A stretch of DNA of 64,000 nucleotides from a virus (Duplodnaviria; Caudoviricetes): IMG/VR virus record IMGVR_UViG_3300005512_002353, one strand, 5' to 3'. Within the stretch, counting starts at the first letter, position 1. Each line of letters begins with the position of its first letter. Positions 9,187 to 19,611 of this stretch are shown here, piece by piece. The notes under the pieces are model-generated. The model did no database searches. It was not told the origin of the DNA and saw only the letters and a list, made by a program, of their open reading frames with translations. Position numbers and translations under genes: made by a program.

Positions 9187-10320
9187 TTAGGTTGCTTTGA
9201 TAATAATAAGATTTTCGTTGAAGCGACCATTGACTGCTGTGCCGGTAGTTTTGAGGTCGTCAAACAGTTTACGACTATCCGGTTTGCCTGACATTCTTAA
9301 TTGCTTAATAGTTTCTTCTGGCTTACGCAGAGTCTTTTGACTTGACTTGTTAGTGTCAAACCCTAAGATACTTGTGCCCTTGACTGCGAACACTTTAGCA
9401 TAGTCGTCGGCAACGTAGTATTGTAGTTTACGATTCTTAACATTGTAGACCCAAAGCTCACTTGCTTTAAGAATCTTAACTGGCTCTACTGTTTCTAATT
9501 TAAACTCTGGATAGTTTCTTAGGTGTTTTAATTTCCTGACGATCTTCTCTGGAGGAACCGGTTTTTTCTTTCTTGTGCCTACTTTAGCCTTCTTACTCTG
9601 ATGATATGCGTCTAATTCTGCTATAATCGCCGCACAGTAGTTGATCATGTTCTTTTGCTGGGTCTTGGTATAACAACCATAGCCCTCGCTTAAATCAGCG
9701 TCTACGTCAGCTACAGCATCCTTGAGCTCTGCTTGTTGCCTTTCCCAATGTGTCTTGATCAGACCAACGTGCTGTGCCAGTATATTGTAATTGGCTAGAA
9801 TGTTCTGTATTCCTTCTGGCTTCTCGCTGGCCTTGATGTCACCTTCAAGGTATTTGTCCCATACAGCATCGATCTCGCCCGCGGCCTCGTGTGCCTTGGC
9901 TATCATTATTTCCTGTATGTTTGGTCTATTGGGTTTATCCTTGGCCGCTTCTTCATCATCACTGGCGGACTTCTGATGATTAGCTATTGCTTCTTTACAG
10001 GCATTGACCATGTGTTCTTTTTCATGCTCTGTAAGTTCTAGACCAATCAACGACATTCTAGCATACCATCCACTGGATATTGGAGTCCAGGAATCTTTGA
10101 TCTTACTAAAGTCTTTGACTAAGTCCTTGTGCTTGTTCAGTTCCAGCCATTCTATTAACCACTTCTTAGAAGTTTTCTTGTCCTGTGTGTAGTTATACCA
10201 ATTACATCTAGAAGCCAGTGCCATGCGTCTGTCGTCAGCTGATGGCTGTCCGTCAAACATCTTTTCGTCACCGTATGCTTTCCTGTCCTCTATAGATATC
10301 TTTGCTGGCTTTATGCTCAA
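9187..10320 (-). CDS. Hypothetical early protein (~377 aa), basic C-terminus
   Basis: Long ORF; probable TTG start at 10320 overlapping the upstream TGA; no recognisable catalytic motif. Confidence 0.7.
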   Translation of the reverse strand: MSIKPAKISIEDRKAYGDEKMFDGQPSADDRRMALASRCNWYNYTQDKKTSKKWLIEWLELNKHKDLVKDFSKIKDSWTPISSGWYARMSLIGLELTEHEKEHMVNACKEAIANHQKSASDDEEAAKDKPNRPNIQEIMIAKAHEAAGEIDAVWDKYLEGDIKASEKPEGIQNILANYNILAQHVGLIKTHWERQQAELKDAVADVDADLSEGYGCYTKTQQKNMINYCAAIIAELDAYHQSKKAKVGTRKKKPVPPEKIVRKLKHLRNYPEFKLETVEPVKILKASELWVYNVKNRKLQYYVADDYAKVFAVKGTSILGFDTNKSSQKTLRKPEETIKQLRMSGKPDSRKLFDDLKTTGTAVNGRFNENLIIIKAT

Positions 10321-10580
10321 AGTAGTGTTCCCATCGTAATCATTTTTTGATAATCTCTCAACATCTCGTTGCACTTATCTCTCGTCTCTAAGAAAGTCTG
10401 TGTAGGTTTATGTTTTCTCCTGCATTCAATTTCCGCTTTACTTAACTCAGAAATCATGGCAGAGATATTTTTGTTTATCTTCTCCAAGTCTTTTTTGACG
10501 TGAAAAGGTAGATTTTTTACTGTTTTTCGTAGTTCCGACTCTATTCCTTGCCAGTCTTCTGAAGTTTCAATTTGTAGCAT
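10317..10580 (-). CDS. Hypothetical early protein (87 aa, coiled-coil)
   Basis: ORF directly downstream of a sigma70 promoter. Confidence 0.7.
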   Translation of the reverse strand: MLQIETSEDWQGIESELRKTVKNLPFHVKKDLEKINKNISAMISELSKAEIECRRKHKPTQTFLETRDKCNEMLRDYQKMITMGTLL

Positions 10581-10587
10581 ATATCCT

Positions 10588-10616
10588 ATTATATAACTTT
10601 CCTATTTTTAGGTCAA
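10588..10616 (-). promoter_or_regulatory. sigma70 (early) promoter
   Basis: TTGACC-17 nt-TATAAT, ATG 7 nt downstream. Confidence 0.85.
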
Positions 10617-10628
10617 CCAAAAGGTGCG

Positions 10629-10635
10629 ATAAATA
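10629..10635 (+). promoter_or_regulatory. Late promoter for the gp14/gp15 operon
   Basis: ATAAATA ending 21 nt before ATG 10657. Confidence 0.7.
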
Positions 10636-10656
10636 GTTAGATAACGAGAACATAAG

Positions 10657-11820
10657 ATGCCAAGATTAAGTTTATATAGACAGAACAAGACCAACGACTA
10701 CAAGTTCATAGACAACAGAGTGCGTGAGATGTATACCGCCGGTGGTGTGGACATATTTGTTCACAAGTATCTAGGAACAAAAACAGTAGGCGATAGCTCT
10801 GTGAGAGACACAGGCGATGTAACTCGTCCAACATATGACGAGTCAGATCCATTACAGATTGAAGATTTATTGTTCCTTGAGAACAGGAACAGAGAATACG
10901 ACGATGACGTCTATGTCATGCGTGGTGTTTACAATGTCCAAGATATTGATTTTGATCTTAGCCAGTTTGGCCTTTTCCTGAACGGCGACACACTGTTTAT
11001 CACATTCCACTACAACGACATGATTGATTTCCTGGGTCGCAAGTTGATGGCTGGTGATGTGTTAGAACTGCCAAACTTAAAAGACTATCATCCATTGAGT
11101 GATGCGGCTCCAAAGGCCTTACCTAAATACTATGTGATCCAAGATGCGGCTTATGCCTCAGAAGGATTTTCGCCAACTTGGTATCCACACCTATGGCGTG
11201 TCAAGGCAACACCAATGGCGGCTACACAAGAGTTTGATGATATTCTCAACAAACCAATGGATCCAGATAATCCAGATGCAGGAACACTGGAAGATTTCTT
11301 ATCAACCAAGAACAAGAATCAAGAGATCAATGATGCTATTGTCCAACAGGCAGAGATCGAAGTCCCACGCAGTGGTTATGACAATACGGCATTTTATGTC
11401 ACAGCAACAGTAAATGACGAACCAGTCAATCCAAACGATGTATTGGTCGGTGATTCAACTACCAAAGATGGCACAACACCTAAGGTAGACGGCTACCTAG
11501 TTGGTTACATGACTGGCAATAACGTGCCACCAAATGGCTTACCAGTTACACCAGGTGTAAGTTTTCCAGCTAATCCAGGAACGGGAGACTACGCATTGAG
11601 ATTAGACTACTTCCCTAACAGACTGTTCCGTTATGATGGAACACGTTGGGTCAAGGTAGAGGATGGCGTGAGAACAGAACTAACACCAGGCGATACAGAT
11701 AACAAGACATTGAAAGAATCATTCCAGAGCAACCGAGCAACGGTGCAGACAACAGACAGAGGTAATATACCAAGTAGCCAATCATTGAGCGACTTGCTAA
11801 GACCCACAAAGGATAATTAA
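10657..11820 (+). CDS. Neck / head-closure protein (gp14-like)
   Basis: DLSQFGLFL..DTLFITFH...GRKLMAGDVLELP pattern; precedes the gp15-like gene. Confidence 0.7.
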   Translation: MPRLSLYRQNKTNDYKFIDNRVREMYTAGGVDIFVHKYLGTKTVGDSSVRDTGDVTRPTYDESDPLQIEDLLFLENRNREYDDDVYVMRGVYNVQDIDFDLSQFGLFLNGDTLFITFHYNDMIDFLGRKLMAGDVLELPNLKDYHPLSDAAPKALPKYYVIQDAAYASEGFSPTWYPHLWRVKATPMAATQEFDDILNKPMDPDNPDAGTLEDFLSTKNKNQEINDAIVQQAEIEVPRSGYDNTAFYVTATVNDEPVNPNDVLVGDSTTKDGTTPKVDGYLVGYMTGNNVPPNGLPVTPGVSFPANPGTGDYALRLDYFPNRLFRYDGTRWVKVEDGVRTELTPGDTDNKTLKESFQSNRATVQTTDRGNIPSSQSLSDLLRPTKDN

Positions 11821-13226
11821 TGGCAACCACAGTCCCATTTTTCTATGATGATCAGATAAGAAGATTCCTCATACAGTTTACGAGGATGTTCTCTAACTAC
11901 CAAGTTGAGTATGGCAAAGACGCATCAGGTGCGGCTACTCTAGTGCGTGTTCCTATCAGATACGGAGATGCATCAAGACAGGCGGCTACCATCATAGCAG
12001 ACAACTCAAGAAACAAGATGCCCAATGCACCAATGATGAGCTTTCATATCACAGCATTAGACTATGCCCGTGATCGTGTGCAGGAACCTTACTTCGTTGA
12101 CAAGAAGTCTCTAAAACAGAGAACCTGGGACGAAGCAACGCAGACTTACGAACAGACTCAGGGTAACGCATTTACGGTAGAACGTTTGATGCCTGTTCCT
12201 TACAACATGACCATACAGTTAGACGTTTGGGCATCAAACACCCAAATGAAACTACAGATCTTAGAACAGATACTTCCTTTGTTTAACCCATCAATGGAGA
12301 TACAGGCCACAGACAACTATATCGATTGGACCTCATTGAGTGTTGTGGAACTAACAGGTGTTAACTGGTCATCAAGGACCATTCCTGTTGGCACTGACGA
12401 TAACATTGACGTTGCTTCATTAACATTTAGTGTGCCTATGTGGTTAACAATGCCTGCCAAAGTTAAAAAACTTGGTGTTGTTCATAAAATTATTGCTTCC
12501 ATATACGACACAGACGGTAATGCCGCAGATGCTATCGTAGATGATGACATCTTAATGGGAACTAGACAAAAAATTACACCATTTGGCTATCAAATATTGT
12601 TAATTGGAAATCAGATACAGTTACTTGAACATGAACAAGTTGATCCAGCAGACGGAACATTGACTAAGAGTGATTTAATAGATACATCAAACCCATTGGT
12701 ATGGTCAGGATACATTGATACATTTGGTGAACTCAGAGATGGGATCAGTCAAATTAGATTATCAAGTCCTCATGTTGACACAGAGATAGTTGGCACTGTT
12801 GCTAAACATCCAACAGATGATAGAATATTATTGTTTAGTGTTGACGCAGACACAATACCAGGCAACACATTAGCACCAGTTAACGCTGTTATTGATCCTT
12901 TAGCAAGTGGTCCAGGTGCTGGTCTAGCAACTGCTGTTAGAGGTCAGCGTTATTTGTTAACAGATGCTATTGGTGATAGTAGTAATAGTAACCCAAGTGA
13001 TGCCTGGGGTAACTTAGTTGCTGAAGAAAATGATATTGTTGAATATGATGGTGGCGTCTGGAATGTGGTATGGAATGCATCAGATCAAACAGCAGACAAT
13101 TCAACAGACATCACAGACTACGTTACTAACTTAACTACAAGTGTGCAATACAAGTGGACTGGCACAATGTGGGTTAAAAGTTATCAAGGCATTTATCAAG
13201 GAGGCGAATGGAGTCTAGTCCTTTAA
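11820..13226 (+). CDS. Tail terminator / sheath stabiliser (gp15-like) with C-terminal extension
   Basis: FFYDDQIRRFLIQFTRMFS...VPIRYG...MPVPYN...QILEQILPLFNP. Confidence 0.85.
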   Translation: MATTVPFFYDDQIRRFLIQFTRMFSNYQVEYGKDASGAATLVRVPIRYGDASRQAATIIADNSRNKMPNAPMMSFHITALDYARDRVQEPYFVDKKSLKQRTWDEATQTYEQTQGNAFTVERLMPVPYNMTIQLDVWASNTQMKLQILEQILPLFNPSMEIQATDNYIDWTSLSVVELTGVNWSSRTIPVGTDDNIDVASLTFSVPMWLTMPAKVKKLGVVHKIIASIYDTDGNAADAIVDDDILMGTRQKITPFGYQILLIGNQIQLLEHEQVDPADGTLTKSDLIDTSNPLVWSGYIDTFGELRDGISQIRLSSPHVDTEIVGTVAKHPTDDRILLFSVDADTIPGNTLAPVNAVIDPLASGPGAGLATAVRGQRYLLTDAIGDSSNSNPSDAWGNLVAEENDIVEYDGGVWNVVWNASDQTADNSTDITDYVTNLTTSVQYKWTGTMWVKSYQGIYQGGEWSLVL

Positions 13227-13639
13227 ACGCAGTAGGTATATGGTTCTATTCCGTATCCACTAGTAGATATCTATATCTCTTACGCAACGATCCCAAACAC
13301 CCTGGATCCTGGGGACTACCCGGGGGCAAGGTTGAAAAGAAGGAAAGTCTACTGGATGCTATGAAACGTGAATGCTCTGAAGAGATAGGATCTTTTCCTG
13401 ATACTATCAGAATTGTTCCAATAGAACAGTTTACATCAGCAGATAATCATTTCGTGTATCACACGTTCTTTGCTGTGGTAGCAGACGAATTTACACCTAA
13501 GTTAAATGATGAACATCAAGGATATGCCTGGGTAGATTCAGACACAATACCTAAACCACTACATCCAGGTCTTTGGTCCACCATCAATATTGAAGAAGTA
13601 AAAAGTAAAGTTAAAGTAGTAGAAGAATCAGTTAACTAG
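13208..13639 (+). CDS. NUDIX hydrolase
   Basis: WGLPGGKVEKKESLLDAMKRECSEEIG = Nudix box. Confidence 0.9.
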   Translation: MESSPLNAVGIWFYSVSTSRYLYLLRNDPKHPGSWGLPGGKVEKKESLLDAMKRECSEEIGSFPDTIRIVPIEQFTSADNHFVYHTFFAVVADEFTPKLNDEHQGYAWVDSDTIPKPLHPGLWSTINIEEVKSKVKVVEESVN

Positions 13640-14322
13640 ATGTCAGCGTAACTAATCCACTCACCGTAGGTCATTTCTGAAAAGTTACGGCAATCTTTCC
13701 ATGCATCAGGTGTGTCTGTTCTTACCCTTCCGCCGTTTAGATTGTTTAGTGTGGATACCCTTGTGAAACGTGTTCCACGATATGTCTGCATTATTGTTAA
13801 TATCTCATTAGCAAGACCTTGGTTCTTACCTTCTTCAAAATCATACCCTAATAGGAATATTTCTTTGTGTTGATCAAATGCTGGCAACCAAACTGCTAAA
13901 GCCTGTTCACTCAACAGTGTGCTGTAGGGTATTAAGTATAGTTCTCCTGGAAACTTGAGACACTTGCCTGCTGATGAATATACCACGGTGTTGACCACAT
14001 ATTTGGATTCAACCAATCGTTGAAGTGTTTCTACGTTTTTTGATATGTAAAAGTTACATGACATCTCATCACATATCCTACCCGAACCATATGACTGTAA
14101 TCTCAATTTGCCTAATAGTCCGCCACGGTGTCCTTCAACTTTTCTTATGTCAAATTTACTGCGTGAATCACCGTCTGCTATCGCCACAGCACGGCCTGAT
14201 ATGTGTTGATTTTCAATTGGATTTTGGACCCACTCACGGTCCTGGACTTTCTTGCCGGCGACTATTCGACTGTTGGCTACAACAAACTCGCCCTCGTAGT
14301 CTGAGCGATAACGCTCATCCAT
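13636..14322 (-). CDS. Hypothetical protein, MptE / sialyltransferase-like fold paralogue
   Basis: AVAIADGDSR...YGSG...IFLLGYDF aligns by eye with 22306..22884 (AFVLGNGKSR...YGCN...IYFLGFD). Confidence 0.5.
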   Translation of the reverse strand: MDERYRSDYEGEFVVANSRIVAGKKVQDREWVQNPIENQHISGRAVAIADGDSRSKFDIRKVEGHRGGLLGKLRLQSYGSGRICDEMSCNFYISKNVETLQRLVESKYVVNTVVYSSAGKCLKFPGELYLIPYSTLLSEQALAVWLPAFDQHKEIFLLGYDFEEGKNQGLANEILTIMQTYRGTRFTRVSTLNNLNGGRVRTDTPDAWKDCRNFSEMTYGEWISYADI

Positions 14323-14323
14323 G

Positions 14324-14998
14324 TTACACCTTGCCTACGGCTACTTCGATTACACCTACTCCACTGTCAGTCTTTGCTTCGAGGGCTTTACCAACAACAG
14401 AACCTGGAACAAAATTTTGTGGATCCCATGCTTCAGCATGTCCCTCACTGGCTGATGTTACCAATAGATCACCACGTTCAATTGGACCCACTACCTTGCA
14501 CGGAACACGACCTGTGAGTGCTATGTCCTGGCCTTCTGACCTTTGATTCATCTTGTAAGCAGGGTCTGTGGAAACTATTCCGATGACCTTGTGATCAGCA
14601 TATGAAGAACAAGCAGTTACTTCTTTGGCTCCACCTATGACAACAACCGTTCCTGCCTCATACATGTCATCCGTGGCATATCGTTCTGCCAAGTCAGCAT
14701 ACTGTGCTGAGGTTGATTTAGCAAATACCGTATTGAATCCTACTGTTGCGTTACCAATATTACCAACTCCGTCTGCTGAACCGTTCAATGCTCCGCTGGC
14801 TATAGTTGGTGTTGTTAAGGTCTTGTTTGTTAGTGTTTGTGTAGATGCTTCACCCACCATTGGTTCTCCGCCCGCTGTGGTTCCATCATGTGCGACCAAT
14901 ACGTTTTTATCTGTGTCGTAAGATATCTCACCAGCAGAACCTGTGAAAGCATTGTTCTGTGCTGTGGTTCCTCTTCTAAATTGTAGCGTGGTAGGCAT
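14324..14998 (-). CDS. Fibre protein with Mtd-type N-terminus and C-terminal autoproteolytic chaperone-like domain
   Basis: LQFRRGT...GE...DTD...HDGTTAGG; C-term YADLAERY...GTVV...ALTGRVPCKV.G...GDLL...GKALE. Confidence 0.75.
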   Translation of the reverse strand: MPTTLQFRRGTTAQNNAFTGSAGEISYDTDKNVLVAHDGTTAGGEPMVGEASTQTLTNKTLTTPTIASGALNGSADGVGNIGNATVGFNTVFAKSTSAQYADLAERYATDDMYEAGTVVVIGGAKEVTACSSYADHKVIGIVSTDPAYKMNQRSEGQDIALTGRVPCKVVGPIERGDLLVTSASEGHAEAWDPQNFVPGSVVGKALEAKTDSGVGVIEVAVGKV

Positions 14999-15038
14999 TT
15001 CCTAAATCCTCTGTATTCTTTTCGTTATTTATCTTGTG

Positions 15039-16415
15039 TTAAGCACCCACATAGGCTTCCGACTCGCCTAGGTCAATGGTCGTCGTTGTGCCAATTGGCT
15101 CCATCTGATCGTAGACCGTGCCCAATGACACTCCAAACGCATCTTGGGCACCTGACTCAAAGGGTGTCTCTACCGTGTCATCACTTGGTCCCGTTGCTAG
15201 ATCCTCGTTACCGCCTGCCGCCGGGTGTGTGGTTATGGTTGATGATTGGAAGCCTGATGCTCCGCCTCCACCACTTGCTGTTGCGAACGATAATGTTCCG
15301 GCACCGTCTGTCTGTAGGACCTGACCTGACGTTCCATCCTGTGATGGCCATTTGTATGTCACATTTGCTGTTATCGCTGTCGGAGCTCTAAAGGCCACAT
15401 AGTGACTGCCATCATTGTCAGGAAACGTTATAGTTCCTATATTACCTACAGCAAGATTACCGCCTGTGATATTACCTGATGCAACCACTGTTGAAGTATT
15501 GCCTAAACTTGCTGGTGTTGTTCCGTCTGCGGCGAACACACCCATGGTGCCTCCATCATCCTTGATGGTGATATTGCCTAGATTAATGGTTCCTGCCGCT
15601 AGGAAGATCTCATTCCACCTGTTTGTGGCATTACCTAAATTATAAGTTACGTTGACACTTGGTATTAAATTGCCCAGCACTAGACCGGTCGACAGTGATC
15701 CTGCCGTTGTGATGTTACCACCAGTGATGTTACCTGTGGCCGCAACCTGTCCTGCTGTGGTCAAGTTACCACCTGCAACGTTGCCTGTTGCTGTGACCGT
15801 GGTTCCTGCTGTGATTGAACCTGTAGCATCAATTAGGCCACCTGTTAAGATGTTGCCGCCTGTGATGTTGCCCGTGAATGTCGGAGCATCTGCTACTGCT
15901 ATCGTAAATGTGTCAGTGCCAGCATCACTTGACAGTGATATATTAGTTCCTTCTGATACTGTCAGTGTGTCGCCCACAGTGTCTGCCACCAAGCTGGTGC
16001 CGTCAACGGTCACTGTGCCAAAGCCATATGCTGATGCCTGTTCCCAATCCTGGTTAGTGGTGCCAATGGTTATCGTTCCATCAGTAGTCAGTTTCCAAAC
16101 TGAATCTGCGTATGTGGTTCCTTCCGTGACTGAAACTTGTGTGCCTGCCGTTATGTCATTGGCATCATCGGCGTCCTTGGTCCTGTTCCATGTGCCGTTT
16201 GAGCCCGTGCCAACCGTGGCCACATTATAGATACCGTTCTGTGCCTTGTTAGTCTGTCCTATGACTAGGACACGATCGCCCTGCGAGAGGCTGACTCCGT
16301 CTACCGTGGCTGGTGCTCCACCTGACAAGGTAACGTTTGATGTTGATATTGCCCTACAGGCAAACTTAAATGACGTTTCCTGTAGCTGGTGGGCTCTGGG
16401 CCTGGTTAATCCCAT
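15039..16415 (-). CDS. Tail/baseplate fibre protein
   Basis: DGVSLSQGDRVLV..QT...NGIY...W.R..D domain, TGNITGGN repeats, GTSGQVLQTDGAGTLSF. Confidence 0.75.
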   Translation of the reverse strand: MGLTRPRAHQLQETSFKFACRAISTSNVTLSGGAPATVDGVSLSQGDRVLVIGQTNKAQNGIYNVATVGTGSNGTWNRTKDADDANDITAGTQVSVTEGTTYADSVWKLTTDGTITIGTTNQDWEQASAYGFGTVTVDGTSLVADTVGDTLTVSEGTNISLSSDAGTDTFTIAVADAPTFTGNITGGNILTGGLIDATGSITAGTTVTATGNVAGGNLTTAGQVAATGNITGGNITTAGSLSTGLVLGNLIPSVNVTYNLGNATNRWNEIFLAAGTINLGNITIKDDGGTMGVFAADGTTPASLGNTSTVVASGNITGGNLAVGNIGTITFPDNDGSHYVAFRAPTAITANVTYKWPSQDGTSGQVLQTDGAGTLSFATASGGGGASGFQSSTITTHPAAGGNEDLATGPSDDTVETPFESGAQDAFGVSLGTVYDQMEPIGTTTTIDLGESEAYVGA

Positions 16416-16425
16416 CTAGTATTCC

Positions 16426-16896
16426 TTAATGTAGATCTACCCAGGAACTGTTCGCGTATGCCTGGATCTTGTTCGTTGTTGTGTTATATATCAACCACCC
16501 ATTAGCGGCTGTCAGTGCATCTCTCTCTGCTGTTGTTAAGTTAGGCAAGCGGATCGGATCTTCCAGTGTGATTGCTTCCTGGCCGCCTGCTCCTAGATTC
16601 TGTATACCAACTTCTGATTCGAACTGTATAACCGAACTTGCGTCACCTCGAACAGCACCAGCTATGACTAAATCGCTGTTGATAGTGACCAGTCCGGTTC
16701 CGTTTGGATCCAGGGTGATATTACCATTCTCGTCAGTGCTGATGATTGTGTTTGATTGAATTCGTATGTTAGTGCCAACTGGACCTGCTAGGTATATCTC
16801 GTCAAAGTTATCATTGGCCTTATCAAACGAGGTGCGTAATGGATCACCTGTTCCGTCGTTGGCCGCTGTTCCGATGTTGATTGTCTGTTTTGCCAT
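16426..16896 (-). CDS. Virion protein with T4 gp9/gp10-type N-terminal domain
   Basis: MAKQTINIGTAANDGTGDPLRTSFDKANDNFDEIY. Confidence 0.8.
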   Translation of the reverse strand: MAKQTINIGTAANDGTGDPLRTSFDKANDNFDEIYLAGPVGTNIRIQSNTIISTDENGNITLDPNGTGLVTINSDLVIAGAVRGDASSVIQFESEVGIQNLGAGGQEAITLEDPIRLPNLTTAERDALTAANGWLIYNTTTNKIQAYANSSWVDLH

Positions 16897-16937
16897 ATCT
16901 TTCTATTCTCCACAACTATTTATCACAATTAACAGAC

Positions 16938-16968
16938 AAGAAAAAAGGCACATAAAGTGCCTTTCTTC
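16938..16968 (-). terminator. Rho-independent terminator
   Basis: AAAGGCAC-loop-GTGCCTTT with a U-tract on the minus strand, after the 874-aa fibre gene. Confidence 0.75.
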
Positions 16969-16986
16969 CTACTAGCCTTTTAACGA

Positions 16987-19611
16987 TTAGTGTTTGCCGA
17001 TCACTACTTCGATCACGCCTTCTTCACCGCTAAAGTCTTCTAAAGCCTTACCAATGACTGCACCAACTTTAGGATCTGCTTCAGCTCTCGCCTTACCATT
17101 TCCTGCTGATACCATCATGTCACCTTTAGCAACTGGACCTTGAACCTTACACGGAACACGACCTGTCAATGCTACCATTGCTGTGTGTTCTGCTTCAAGA
17201 CCGTCGTTCATTCTGTAAGCTGGGCTTGTTGATACAACACCTGCCACTTTCGTGCAGTGATCTGTATCACACTGTGACACTTCCTTCTCACCACCAAAGT
17301 GAACAACTGTTCCTGGTTCATAGTCAGCATCTGCTTCGTATTTCTCAGCCAAGTCAGCGTATTGTGCTGAAGTCGCTTTAGCGAACACTGTGTTAAAGCC
17401 TGTAGTTGCGTTACCAATATTACCAACGCCATCTGCCTGCTCGTTGATGATACCTGTTGAGTCAACACTTAATATGCCTGTGCCACCAATCGTGAACGTA
17501 ACGTCACCGCCGTTAGCCGCTGTCACATTTGTTGTGCCGTTATTGATGTTGTCAGCTGACACAGCACCTAATGAACCTGATGTGATGTCTGCTGGTGTAG
17601 TGCCGTCTGATGCAAAGATCGCTAATTCACCTGATGACTCTTTCAACTGGATCGCACCCAAGTGGATCGTTCCAGCATCTACGTAGATGTCTGTCCAACG
17701 CACTGTTGCGTTACCGATTGAGTATGTTGAGTCTGCCGCTGGCATCAAGTTACCTTTAACGTCGATCTCTGTCTCGTTATTCGCTTCAACAGTTGCACCA
17801 CCTGATGTAGATGAGATGTTAGTAACTGTTGTAGTCGTTGTGATCTTACGAACTTCGATCTTGTCGCCTGATAATGGAGCTTCTGTGAACGTCAATGTCG
17901 TTCCTGACACACCATAAGCAGTTGTTGGTAATTGGACCACACCGTTGATAGAAACGATACATGATGCTGTCGTTTGTGAATCGCTCAGTGTGAATGCCAC
18001 TGTTGAGTTGTCACCGTCAAATGTTTCTGAAGCGATAACCGTGAACGCTGGAACACCGACCGTTTCCCAACCATCACCACTTGTGTATTGCTCAAGTGAG
18101 TCCGCTGTTGTGTTGAAACGCAACATACCTACCACGCCAGTGCCTGGACGCTGTGCCGTGTTACCAATTGAAATCATAACTGAGTCTGTAGTAGCGACTT
18201 TAAATGATACGTCAGTTGTCGGAGTGCCTGTGGCGATGTTAACTGTGTCAGTGCCTGCGTCAACGAACAACATGTTAGCATTGTTGTCTGACTCAACACG
18301 AAAGTTTATGTCTGCACCTGCTTCGTTGACTGTAACCTCACCACCCGATGTTGCTGTGATATCATTGCCATCTAACGATAAGTTATCAACTGCAATCGAT
18401 GTTGCGCCTGCAATATCACCACCACTGATTGTTGCTGTGCCGTCTGTGATTGTGCCTGCTGTTACCAAGTTACCACCAGTGATGTTACCTGTAACTGAAG
18501 CAAGACCACCTGTTAGTAAGTTACCACCAGTGATGTTACCTGTTGCTACAACTGTCGCTGATACTGCTAAACTAGCCGCATCAAGTGCCGCTTTAGTTCC
18601 ACTAATAACTTCGCCTGTGTTACTTGCTTCTGAGTAGAATGAGATAGTTGATGCTGAGTTATCCCAACCCATGAACGCAAATTTCTCAGAACCGTCATAG
18701 TAATACATTGTCATACCACGGTCTTTGTTATCATCTGTTGTAAGTGGAGCATCGTCCGCACCACGACCTAACTGGAAGATTGGATCAACTAATGTTGACA
18801 CTGTTGAGTTAACAGTTGTCGTTGTTCCGTTAACTGTCAAGTCACCTGTAACTGTCAAGTCGTTGCCAATCGTTACGTCATCTGGTAAGCCGATAGTTAA
18901 TGTGTCAGTTGCTGAAACTGCTACTTCAATTTCGTTGGCAGTGCCAGCGAATGTCAAAGTGTCGCCATCAGCGATCGATTGGTTGGTAGTGCCATCAGTG
19001 ATAGTAAACACTGAGCTCAATGCATCATCAACGTATTGTTTTGTTGCCGCATCACCGTTTGCTACTGGTGCGCCAATGTTACCAACAACGTTTTGGTTCA
19101 TTTCAATTGTGCCTGACGCTAATACTGTCAATGAACCTGTTTGAGTTAATGCTGATGTTAACAAATTACCACCAGTGATGTTACCTGTTGCTGTGATAGC
19201 ATCGTCTGCTGTTAGACCACCTAGACGTAAGTCTGCGTAGTCTGTTACTGTCATTGCTGTGGCTGTTCCCGCTGATGAAGTTTCTACCAATGCAAACTCT
19301 GTTTCTGATCCATCGTAGCCCATGAATACTGAAGTGTTGTCACCTCTTTCCAGGTATAGACCTACGTCGTTCGCAAATGCTCCAGTTGCATCACTGTTCA
19401 AGACCATAATAGCATCTTCAACGGTTGTGTTTGTGGTTGAAACTGTAGTTGTAGCACCGTTAACTGTGAGGTTACCTGTGATCGTCAGGTTGGACCCATA
19501 AGTTAAGTCGTTTTCCAACTTACCAGCGGTAACAGAATTGTTAACTAGCTTACTTGACCCAACAATGGTTGCGTCAGTGATCTGATTGTTCTTAATTCTT
19601 GTGACTGCCAT
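16987..19611 (-). CDS. Long fibre protein (874 aa) with C-terminal chaperone-like domain
   Basis: GNLTVNG.TTTV, TGNITGGNL repeats, DAATKQYVD, C-term YADLAEKY...ALTGRVP. Confidence 0.8.
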   Translation of the reverse strand: MAVTRIKNNQITDATIVGSSKLVNNSVTAGKLENDLTYGSNLTITGNLTVNGATTTVSTTNTTVEDAIMVLNSDATGAFANDVGLYLERGDNTSVFMGYDGSETEFALVETSSAGTATAMTVTDYADLRLGGLTADDAITATGNITGGNLLTSALTQTGSLTVLASGTIEMNQNVVGNIGAPVANGDAATKQYVDDALSSVFTITDGTTNQSIADGDTLTFAGTANEIEVAVSATDTLTIGLPDDVTIGNDLTVTGDLTVNGTTTTVNSTVSTLVDPIFQLGRGADDAPLTTDDNKDRGMTMYYYDGSEKFAFMGWDNSASTISFYSEASNTGEVISGTKAALDAASLAVSATVVATGNITGGNLLTGGLASVTGNITGGNLVTAGTITDGTATISGGDIAGATSIAVDNLSLDGNDITATSGGEVTVNEAGADINFRVESDNNANMLFVDAGTDTVNIATGTPTTDVSFKVATTDSVMISIGNTAQRPGTGVVGMLRFNTTADSLEQYTSGDGWETVGVPAFTVIASETFDGDNSTVAFTLSDSQTTASCIVSINGVVQLPTTAYGVSGTTLTFTEAPLSGDKIEVRKITTTTTVTNISSTSGGATVEANNETEIDVKGNLMPAADSTYSIGNATVRWTDIYVDAGTIHLGAIQLKESSGELAIFASDGTTPADITSGSLGAVSADNINNGTTNVTAANGGDVTFTIGGTGILSVDSTGIINEQADGVGNIGNATTGFNTVFAKATSAQYADLAEKYEADADYEPGTVVHFGGEKEVSQCDTDHCTKVAGVVSTSPAYRMNDGLEAEHTAMVALTGRVPCKVQGPVAKGDMMVSAGNGKARAEADPKVGAVIGKALEDFSGEEGVIEVVIGKH

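Larger units (their letters stand above)
15715..19188. repeat. Four identical copies of a 23-nt sequence across two fibre genes
   Basis: TTACCACCAGTGATGTTACCTGT at 15715, 18470, 18521 and 19166 (encodes TGNITGGN). Confidence 0.8.
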
